From an uncultured Oscillospiraceae bacterium (GTDB taxonomy: Bacteria > Bacillota > Clostridia > Oscillospirales > Oscillospiraceae): a stretch of DNA of 64,000 nt. The DNA lies in NCBI GenBank assembly GCA_947626585.1, contig CANQSU010000001.1:11768-75767 (forward strand), given 5' to 3'. Below, one piece after another: positions 36,901 to 43,755 of the stretch (within the stretch, counting starts at the first letter, position 1; every line of letters starts with the position of its first letter). The position numbers and the translations under genes are program-made. The notes beneath the pieces are model-generated. The model ran no database searches. It was not told the origin of the DNA and worked only from the letters and a program-made list of their open reading frames with translations.

Positions 36901-36937
36901 GCGTATGCGCCTCCTCTCTCAGAGTTTTGGCGCACGC

Positions 36938-38107
36938 TCATGCGCCATAGATCATCTTGAAGCTCTCCGCGATGGCCGTGCCGGAATTCACGATCTCCGC
37001 ATAGGCGTCGCGGTTGTACTCGCCGGAGTTGATGATGGTGGTCAGCTTCTGCTGGCCGCCGTCCACCAGCATGTTCTTGCCGTAGGTATGGACCAGCTCC
37101 CGCATATAGTCCGTGTAGTTGGCTGTGGTGTCGTAGACCATGTACAGGATGGCGGCGGAACGCTCCTGGTCGGTCAGGCCGGCGCAGATGCCCTGGATGT
37201 CGGTGAGGCGGCTGACGTTGATGAACTGGTCAATGACGGCGGGACGGGCGGGCGCCTCGATCTTGCTGGGGCTGACCAGCTTGAACTTGTTGGCCATGAT
37301 GGAAGTCACGACGGCCTCGGTGAACAGGGTGTCGCCGGTGAAGCCGGAGACGTACTCCTTCAAATCCTCCTCGCCCATGTTCATGACCATCTGGCCGTTG
37401 TCCAGCAGGGCGCGGTTGAGGCCCATGATGGTACGGGGCGTGGCGATCTGCTGGAAGTCGTTCTCATCCTCGGAGAAGATCTCCTCGTTGTTCTCGTCCA
37501 CGACGGCGTTGTGCTCTTGGTAGATCAGGTTGGGCTGGGTCTTCAGGAGCTCCTCGATGACGGGATGGATCTTGCCGAGGCCCAGGAACACGGTGGCGTC
37601 GGGCTGGCAGTGGCGGAGGATGAAACGAGTGGTGGAGGCCATATCCAGGGAAATCACGTTGCCGTCGTCGTTGCCGGCGGCGATCAGCTTGATGTTCTCG
37701 GGCAGGCGCTCGGTGCCGATCTTGCGGGCGGTGATGAAGGTCAGCAGGGCTGAAGTCACGGCGGCGGTGGTACGGTTGACCTCATCCAGGAACAGGACGA
37801 CGGTCTTGTTGGGGAACTCCTCGGCCTCCTCGATGGCCTCTTTTACGACGGCATGGGGGAAGAACACCTGCTTGGCCTGGGTGTTGCCCTTGTCGTCGGT
37901 ATAGGTCACGGTGCGGCAGCCGGTCAGGTCGGCCTGCATGGCGATCTGGTTGCAGAGGAGCTCATGGAAGCCCCAGCCGTTCTTCTCGCAGATGGACTTC
38001 ACGATGCTGGACTTGCCGATGCCGGGGGCGCCCAGCAGGAAGGGTATCAGGTTCCCGTTCTTCAGGTCAGACTCGATGATCTTGGTACCGGTAGCATTGA
38101 GTAACAT
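36938..38107 (-). CDS. MoxR/AAA_5-type AAA+ ATPase
   Basis: Walker A FLLGAPGIGKSS, Walker B VVLFLDEVNR and LIAAGNDDG. Adjacent to a VWA partner, as is typical for MoxR systems. Confidence 0.8.
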   Translation of the reverse strand: MLLNATGTKIIESDLKNGNLIPFLLGAPGIGKSSIVKSICEKNGWGFHELLCNQIAMQADLTGCRTVTYTDDKGNTQAKQVFFPHAVVKEAIEEAEEFPNKTVVLFLDEVNRTTAAVTSALLTFITARKIGTERLPENIKLIAAGNDDGNVISLDMASTTRFILRHCQPDATVFLGLGKIHPVIEELLKTQPNLIYQEHNAVVDENNEEIFSEDENDFQQIATPRTIMGLNRALLDNGQMVMNMGEEDLKEYVSGFTGDTLFTEAVVTSIMANKFKLVSPSKIEAPARPAVIDQFINVSRLTDIQGICAGLTDQERSAAILYMVYDTTANYTDYMRELVHTYGKNMLVDGGQQKLTTIINSGEYNRDAYAEIVNSGTAIAESFKMIYGA

Positions 38108-38208
38108 GGCAAAATATCTCCTTTTCGTTTTGATAAACGCATATTTTCAGGCTGCGGACAGAGAAACGGCACGGGGCAGCCCCCGTGCCGGTGTCTGTTC
38201 TTTATTTG

Positions 38209-38910
38209 TCAGGGTTCGGATGTGTCTGTCCCACCCGAACCGTTGTTCTTGGCATCCTCCTGCGCCTGGATGCCGGCGACTGTCCCGGGGTTGTTGGGGT
38301 CGCTCTGCATTCCGTCGGTCAGTTCGTCCAGCAGATCCTCGAACTCTTCCTGGTCGAAGCTCTCATCGTCGTCGGACACGGACGACCTGAGCTGTATCTC
38401 CGTACCGGAGTACATGACCGTCGGGACGTAGTTGATATCGTAATGTTCGATGAACGCCTGGCCGATGGGTGACCGGCTGAATACCACGTAGTACTCCGGC
38501 ATCTGGTCAAACGCCTGGATGGTCGGCAGGACCTTCTGGCAGTCTTCGCAGCCCATTCGGAACAGGACCACGCGGTAGCGGTCGAACTCGAAGCCTTCCG
38601 GGTTGCTGTCATAGATCGCCTGGAGCGCCTCGGTGTCCTCCGTCGTGACGGAGAAATACTTTTCAACGCCGGGTTCCCGCCAAGCCTCGTCGTAGAAGGC
38701 CCCATACTTCTGGTACCAGCTCCGGACGCCGCACCAGGCGGCGACGAGGACCGCGACCAGGGCCAGGAGGGCCAGGCTGGTCCGGGGCACCCATTTCGGG
38801 ACCGGTTCGTCCTTTTTGCGGCCGGCGCGGGACAGGACGGCGAACAGCAGGAACGCGATCACCGAGGCGACGAGCCCGCACTGCAGCCACTGCAGCATGC
38901 TCATTCTCAT
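38209..38910 (-). CDS. membrane-anchored thioredoxin-like protein (CxxC)
   Basis: Track ORF 38209..38991 trimmed to MRMSM. Two TM helices, then VVLFRMGCEDCQKVLP (CxxC in a thioredoxin-like context) and an acidic tail. Start uncertain. Confidence 0.5.
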   Translation of the reverse strand: MRMSMLQWLQCGLVASVIAFLLFAVLSRAGRKKDEPVPKWVPRTSLALLALVAVLVAAWCGVRSWYQKYGAFYDEAWREPGVEKYFSVTTEDTEALQAIYDSNPEGFEFDRYRVVLFRMGCEDCQKVLPTIQAFDQMPEYYVVFSRSPIGQAFIEHYDINYVPTVMYSGTEIQLRSSVSDDDESFDQEEFEDLLDELTDGMQSDPNNPGTVAGIQAQEDAKNNGSGGTDTSEP

Positions 38911-38942
38911 GTTCTTGACAAAGCTCCTTTCACATGGGCAGA

Positions 38943-39914
38943 TTATTCGAAGGTCTTTGCATAGACACGTTCGCTGGTGTAGAGAAGCCACGGCAGCCCG
39001 TTCCGGACCGTCTTGTGCTTCTCCCTGGAAGGCAGGACCTGCTTCAAGGCCATGTACACGAGCATGACCGCCTCTTCCTTGGTGAGGTTCAGCTGGTAGT
39101 GTTTACAGTCTTCGTCGATCATGTCCTGGGCCATGCGCTGGAGCTGGTAGTGCATCTTGGACGCGTACCCAAACTCGTAGCTTGACCAGTCCCCATGGAA
39201 GTCGCCGTCCACCGTCTTCGTGTACAGCATGTCGCAGAGGGAGTTGAACAGGTCGGCGTGCCTGCCGTCGAAGTTCGACAGCGCGGCGCGGTAGGTGTCT
39301 ATGCCGAGACTCTCGGCTACTTTGATATTGCCGTTGTCCATCATAGCACAAAAATCCTTCGTCGTCAACGGCTTCGACATGGCTTCGAGCAGTTCAGCGC
39401 TCCGTTTTGCAATGTCTGAGCCGTCGTCCGGGACCTGCGCGTTTTCCGGGATCTCCATGGAATAGGCCTTGTCGAACGTGATCTCGTTGCCGGTGAAGGT
39501 GCAGTGATGCGATGCGAGGACCTCGAACCATCTGGATGGGAACTTCATCACCCGCATTTCCTCCGGCGCCGGGAGCTTCAGGACCAGGTGAAAGCCTTTC
39601 CCGCTCAGGGACGTCTCCAGGTAGATGACCTCGTCGTGAAGCGACAGGAGCATGGCCCGGCGCAGGGCAGCGGGACAGGTCTTTTCGATGTCGAGCACGC
39701 AGACGGCCAGCTGCGACGTGTCCACGTACAGCGTCATGGGATACCCGGTCTTCACCGAAGCCTCGGAAGCCGTCTTGTAGTCGGTATAGCTTGAGTGGGA
39801 GCGCTTGTTGCTGGCGCCCCAGACGCGGCCACGCGCGAGCGCCCACATGTCGAGCGGTTCCTTGTCTTTTGAGACGCACCAGAGAGGCGCGTCACGGAGC
39901 CTTTGCGGGATCAT
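38943..39914 (-). CDS. AEP-type primase / primase-polymerase candidate
   Basis: CVLDIEK (metal-binding D-x-E) and ETSLSGKGFHLV (sGxGxH-type motif), as in archaeo-eukaryotic primase N-terminal domains. Confidence 0.55.
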   Translation of the reverse strand: MIPQRLRDAPLWCVSKDKEPLDMWALARGRVWGASNKRSHSSYTDYKTASEASVKTGYPMTLYVDTSQLAVCVLDIEKTCPAALRRAMLLSLHDEVIYLETSLSGKGFHLVLKLPAPEEMRVMKFPSRWFEVLASHHCTFTGNEITFDKAYSMEIPENAQVPDDGSDIAKRSAELLEAMSKPLTTKDFCAMMDNGNIKVAESLGIDTYRAALSNFDGRHADLFNSLCDMLYTKTVDGDFHGDWSSYEFGYASKMHYQLQRMAQDMIDEDCKHYQLNLTKEEAVMLVYMALKQVLPSREKHKTVRNGLPWLLYTSERVYAKTFE

Positions 39915-40161
39915 CCGCCGGGCCTCCTTTCTGCCGCAAGCCCGTCACGGGCGGTACGGCGGTGTGTTTCGGTGCTTTTCTTTCCAGAAAAAAGTAGCCC
40001 GCCCGCAGTTGTTGTTCCACGGACGGGCTGCTTTTTAAGGAGATGAAAAACAATGACTGCTTTTTTTTAGCTGTCACGTCTGGCTGGCTTATCGCGTCCC
40101 GGACCTGTATTCCGTTACATGGCCCGGGACGCCGGTTATCTCAACCGTTACGCCGCGCCGA

Positions 40162-40893
40162 TCAGTTGCCGGAGGCTTTGAACTGGGCCAGCAGCTGGTC
40201 GAAGGTGCTGTTGGAGGGAGCGGTGGTGCTGCCCACGGGCTCGGGATCGGTCTCGACCTCGGCCTGCACGTCAGAGACGGGGGTCTCGTCGGCGACGCCG
40301 TTGGCGGTGGCCACGTCGTTCTTGACGGCGACCTGGCGGGCGGGCAGGCTGATGGTGTCATCGGCCACCTCATAGCCCTTCACGCCGAAGTTGCCGGTGA
40401 AGACCTGGATCTCCGCATCGCAGATGACGACGGCGTTCAGGCCGACGCCCGCGCCGAACTTGGTCTCGAAGTAGTTGAGCTCCAGCTCGACGTTGCTGCC
40501 GGGAGCCAGCTCGTTGCCGTTCAGGTTGACCTTGTGCAGCTTGCCCTCGGCGTCCTTCTTGTAGACGCGAACCTCCTGGCCCTTGGAGATGCAGGAGAAG
40601 TACTTCTTGCCTTTGTTCTCCTCTTTCTTGGACTCGTAGATGCGGGAGCCCAGGTAGGCCGCCAGATAGGTTTCGGACTCGTCGGTCTTGTCGAAGATCA
40701 GGGCGGTGGTGGGATCGTCCACGGCGATGGTCATCTTGAAGTACGGATCCTTGCTGGGGTACTTGGTGAACTGGTTGGCACGGTCCAGCTCGTCGCCGGC
40801 GATCTTCGCGGCGATGCGGCTGAAGTCTACCTGGCCCTTCACGAGGACGCGGGTGCGGGGTTTGATCTTGGAACTGATTTCACTGAGTTTCAT
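40162..40893 (-). CDS. hypothetical protein, possible ssDNA-binding protein
   Basis: Track ORF 40162..41088 trimmed to MKLSEI behind AAAAGGAG. First gene of the minus-strand arm, next to the primase, with a disordered acidic/Thr-rich C-terminus. The SSB assignment rests on position and loose resemblance only. Confidence 0.4.
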   Translation of the reverse strand: MKLSEISSKIKPRTRVLVKGQVDFSRIAAKIAGDELDRANQFTKYPSKDPYFKMTIAVDDPTTALIFDKTDESETYLAAYLGSRIYESKKEENKGKKYFSCISKGQEVRVYKKDAEGKLHKVNLNGNELAPGSNVELELNYFETKFGAGVGLNAVVICDAEIQVFTGNFGVKGYEVADDTISLPARQVAVKNDVATANGVADETPVSDVQAEVETDPEPVGSTTAPSNSTFDQLLAQFKASGN

Positions 40894-40927
40894 GTTCGTA
40901 GTCTCCTTTTCTGTAATAAATTTGGCT

Positions 40928-40971
40928 GCGTTCCATTCGCGGCGTTCCATTCGCGGTAATCCCATTCGCTG
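40928..40971. repeat. tandem 14-bp repeats (about 3 copies) in the leader of 40162..40893
   Basis: GCGTTCCATTCGCG GCGTTCCATTCGCG GTAATCCCATTCGCTG, read directly. Confidence 0.7.
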
Positions 40972-41081
40972 TGTACGTTCGCCGTTTACTGGATATATCA
41001 AGGCGACATGCGCCGAGATACCATCAGTAGGTGGTTTGCGCGATCCCGTGAAAAATTCCACCGAAATCGTGCTGGCGGGGC

Positions 41082-41110
41082 TTGACAACCGCCATGTTTT
41101 ATTTTATTAT
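41082..41110 (+). promoter_or_regulatory. consensus-like promoter for the plus-strand arm
   Basis: TTGACA (41082-41087), a 17-nt spacer, then TATTAT (41105-41110). Confidence 0.6.
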
Positions 41111-41112
41111 AA

Positions 41113-41141
41113 ATAATATCACAGGCCGCCCCGGCTGTCAA
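41113..41141 (-). promoter_or_regulatory. consensus-like promoter for the minus-strand arm, face-to-face with the plus promoter
   Basis: Minus strand reads TTGACA (41141-41136), a 17-nt spacer, then TATTAT (41118-41113). Confidence 0.6.
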
Positions 41142-41202
41142 GCACTAAAATGCGCCGGAACGGGACAAAATGTGTGAAATATTCCAACCAGGAGGTAGAG
41201 CT

Positions 41203-42423
41203 ATGTTTCTGTTCCACAGAACCAGGCGCAAGAAGCGCGGGCAGGCCCAGACGCGCGGCGGGATCGACGACCTCGACACGATGGACCTGGAACAGCCCGC
41301 ACAGGACGAGGCATACGCCGAGGGCCCCGCGGACGGCGCCGACAGTTACGACGAGCCCGTGTACGAGGACGACGCCGAAGACGGCGCGCCCTGGGACGAC
41401 GGGGAAGACAGTTTTCCCGACAGGTCCACGGAGGACGAAGGCAACGGCTATGACGTCCAGGACGACGTCCATAACGGCGCCTGTGACGATGACGCCGGTG
41501 AGGAGCCCCCGGGACCGTCGTTCGACCGGTATGACGCCCGGAACATCCGGAGCCGCAGGGAGGAGCCGAAAGGCAGGGGCGAGCCCCGGGCCAGGACGGG
41601 TCCCAGTGACCGCCGTCCCGTCGACGAGAAGACGAAGTACCGGGCGTTCACTGTGGCATGCGGGATCGCCTGCGTCCTTGGCGTCGCGGCGATCGGGTTC
41701 GGCACGTACTCCATCGTGAACGGGTTTTCGTTCGGCCCGGAGCCGGGCTACGCGCTGCCGGACCAGACGTCCCAGAACGTCTACTACGACGCGGCGGGAC
41801 GGACCCACGTGAACGTCTACATCACGAGGGGCGACGACAAGCAGATCAACATCTATGTCGACCAGGACGGGAACGTCCGCTTCGAGACGGACGAGGACAA
41901 GCCGTCACAGGGCGGCGAGACGAAGCCCGGAGAGGGCGAAGCCACGGATCCCGGCGGCGAGGCCACGGACCCGGGCGGCGGGACGAAACCCGGCGAGGGT
42001 GATGTGCCCGGCAGTGAAACCACGGATCCCGGCGGCGAGACAAAGCCCGGCGAGGGCGAGACGACTCCCGGCGGGGAAGATGAAACGCCGGGTGCTGGCG
42101 AACAGCCCGGCGGGGAAGGGACAAAGCCTGACGAGGGCACGAAGCCGAACCCCGGTGACAGCGTCCACCAGAAGGTGACCTCGGAGCAGGAGAAAGCCCT
42201 GCTCGACGCGATGCGCGAGCGGATCGCCAACGGGCAGAGCGGGTTTTTGGAGTCCGACGCGGTCTATGTCGTCCAGAGGGGCGACACGCTGACGTACATC
42301 TCGAACCTGACCGGATTCTCCGTCGACTTCCTGGCCGAGTACAACCATATCAAGGACAAGAACCTGATCATCACGTCCGAGTCCATCCGCTACCCGACCT
42401 TTACCGAGGCCGGCACGCCCTGA
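41203..42423 (+). CDS. membrane protein with acidic N-terminus, Gly/Pro/Thr/Glu repeats and C-terminal LysM domain
   Basis: Track ORF 41170..42423 trimmed to MFLFH behind AGGAGG. TM helix FTVACGIACVLGVAAIGFG, GETKPGEGE(A/T)TDPGG repeats, and the LysM motif YVVQRGDTLTYISNLTG...IITSESIRYP. Confidence 0.7.
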   Translation: MFLFHRTRRKKRGQAQTRGGIDDLDTMDLEQPAQDEAYAEGPADGADSYDEPVYEDDAEDGAPWDDGEDSFPDRSTEDEGNGYDVQDDVHNGACDDDAGEEPPGPSFDRYDARNIRSRREEPKGRGEPRARTGPSDRRPVDEKTKYRAFTVACGIACVLGVAAIGFGTYSIVNGFSFGPEPGYALPDQTSQNVYYDAAGRTHVNVYITRGDDKQINIYVDQDGNVRFETDEDKPSQGGETKPGEGEATDPGGEATDPGGGTKPGEGDVPGSETTDPGGETKPGEGETTPGGEDETPGAGEQPGGEGTKPDEGTKPNPGDSVHQKVTSEQEKALLDAMRERIANGQSGFLESDAVYVVQRGDTLTYISNLTGFSVDFLAEYNHIKDKNLIITSESIRYPTFTEAGTP

Positions 42424-42434
42424 TCCATAAAACC

Positions 42435-42481
42435 ATCCCCCGGTCCGCCTGGTGCACAAGACGGACCGGGGGATCTTTTTG
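42435..42481. terminator. bidirectional rho-independent terminator
   Basis: ATCCCCCGGTCCG / CGGACCGGGGGAT stem followed by CTTTTT on the plus strand. The minus-strand reading is followed by GTTTTAT. Confidence 0.7.
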
Positions 42482-42487
42482 GAGATT

Positions 42488-42648
42488 TGGGGAGCATAGG
42501 GAATCGAACCCCGTGTCAAGCGGTCACCCGCAAGCCCTTTCCGTGCGTCGCTTTCGCCTGTCACCCGCTACCCGCCTGCACCTGCAGCCTGGGGACTCGG
42601 ACCCCAACGGACGGAACGCCGGACCCTTCACCGAGAAGGTCAGCTCCC
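42488..42648 (-). ncRNA. tRNA-like structured RNA candidate 2 (about 160 nt)
   Basis: Minus-strand 5' GGGAGC pairs with 3' GCUCCC-CA. Contains a D-arm-like hairpin CCUU-CUCGGUGA-AGGG, internal hairpins with GUGA and GAAA loops, and the T-arm ACGGGGUUCGAUUCCCU. It is too long, and its anticodon arm too unclear, for a normal tRNA. Confidence 0.35.
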
Positions 42649-42716
42649 ATGTCTTTTGTATAAGATTTTGCGGTGCGCGCCCGGACGTCCGGACACACTC
42701 CGCGGTTTTCTTTCAG

Positions 42717-42748
42717 GGCTGGGCATGCGCGCCAGCGCGTGCCCAGCC
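42717..42748. repeat. hairpin copy A with conserved 14-nt loop
   Basis: GGCTGGGCA-TGCGCGCCAGCGCG-TGCCCAGCC. Confidence 0.65.
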
Positions 42749-42890
42749 GCCGCCCAAAGGGCCAAACCGTAGGCACGTTTGCGCCCGCAAGCCGCCGTGG
42801 GACGCACCCCAACGGTGCCGCGGCTGGCAGCCGGACCGTGCCTGTTGGCTTTCCGTCCGGCCGTGCGCGGTGGTCCCGCGGTTATTTTTC

Positions 42891-42926
42891 GAGCCCCGGC
42901 ATGCGCGCCAGCGTGTGCCGGGGCTC
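42891..42926. repeat. hairpin copy B with conserved 14-nt loop
   Basis: GAGCCCCGGCA-TGCGCGCCAGCGTG-TGCCGGGGCTC. The loop and left flank match copy A. The stem sequence differs but stays complementary. Confidence 0.65.
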
Positions 42927-43004
42927 CTTCCGGCAATAAAAAGTCCGGCGGGGGCAGCCCAAAAACAGGCCTCCGCATAGGCAAACTCCCCCGGTGGCCG
43001 TTTT

Positions 43005-43470
43005 GAGAACGTTACATTTTTTCGATGTTGCAAGTTGTTCGTTTTTGTGTCAAAATCGCAAAAAGTGCAAGAATCATTACAGTTTTTCTTGCGGCCGAGT
43101 CGAAAATGGTACTGCATTTTTTTCGTGTTTTTCGAAAGCCTGAAAATGGAAACGTTACAAGAAAGTGTAGAAATTTCTACAGTTTTTGGCATCCATGTTG
43201 CTAACTCCGTTACAGAGCGTTACACAAAAAATCGCAAAAACTGCAAAAATCTTTGCATAAATTTTTTTGTAACGTTTGTAACGTTAAAATTAGTATTATA
43301 TACGCGCGTGAGAAAACGCCATACTAAGGGTTTGAAAAATGAACGTTACAAACGTTACAAAAAAATTTCTGCTATAATTCTTACATTTTTTCGAAAATTT
43401 TTGTAACAGCGTGTAACGTGAGAACGTTACAAACTTGAAAAGTGCAAGAATTGTTACATTTTCTTGTAAC
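43005..43470. repeat. AT-rich iteron field (AACGTTAC / GTTACA repeats); probable replication origin or centromere
   Basis: At least 13 exact GTTACA/TGTAAC hexamers, mostly as (G/A)AACGTTACA and several in tandem (43268-43282, 43344-43359, 43402-43431). Also longer direct repeats AAAAGTGCAAGAAT..TTACA (43061 and 43438) and AAAATCGCAAAAA(G/C)TGCAA (43052 and 43227), and the palindrome GTAGAAATTTCTAC. Confidence 0.8.
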
Positions 43471-43626
43471 GTTCTCAAACGGCGTGTTTGAAAACCCTCG
43501 AAAAAATGCAATGCGTGTATTTGAGGCCGTGCGGGACGCGCTGTTTCGCGGACTCCCCACGTGGCTTTGTACCGGCGGCCGGATGCGGTTCCTGCCGCTC
43601 CCAGAGTGTGAAAGCGCGAAACACCC

Positions 43627-43655
43627 TTGACAACGGGGCGTCCCGGCTATATATT
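43627..43655 (+). promoter_or_regulatory. promoter candidate for 43756..46266
   Basis: TTGACA, a 17-nt GC-rich spacer, then TATATT. Confidence 0.55.
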
Positions 43656-43755
43656 ATATACATACGACATGCCGGCCGCCGCGGCGTTTTGCGCTGCGCG
43701 CGGCGGGACGGGGTTCGGAACGGCCCCGCTGCCGGCAGGACAGGAGGATGACAAG

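Noticed and set aside
41119-41808. 229-aa minus-strand ORF and other ORFs overlapping 41203..42423
   Set aside because: They lie opposite the LysM-protein gene and are Arg/Val/Gly/Pro-rich. The ORF would also start inside the promoter region.
42488-42648. tmRNA (ssrA) call for the tRNA-like elements
   Set aside because: At about 120-160 nt they are far shorter than one-piece tmRNAs. There is no GGAUUCGAC-type 5' region, no credible tag ORF ending in a hydrophobic ...AA stop, and no encoded ACCA end. I kept them only as low-confidence tRNA-like ncRNA candidates.
43005-43470. CRISPR array
   Set aside because: The repeats are short (8-10 bp cores), irregularly spaced, in both orientations and partly tandem. 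There are no uniform spacers and no cas genes in the window.
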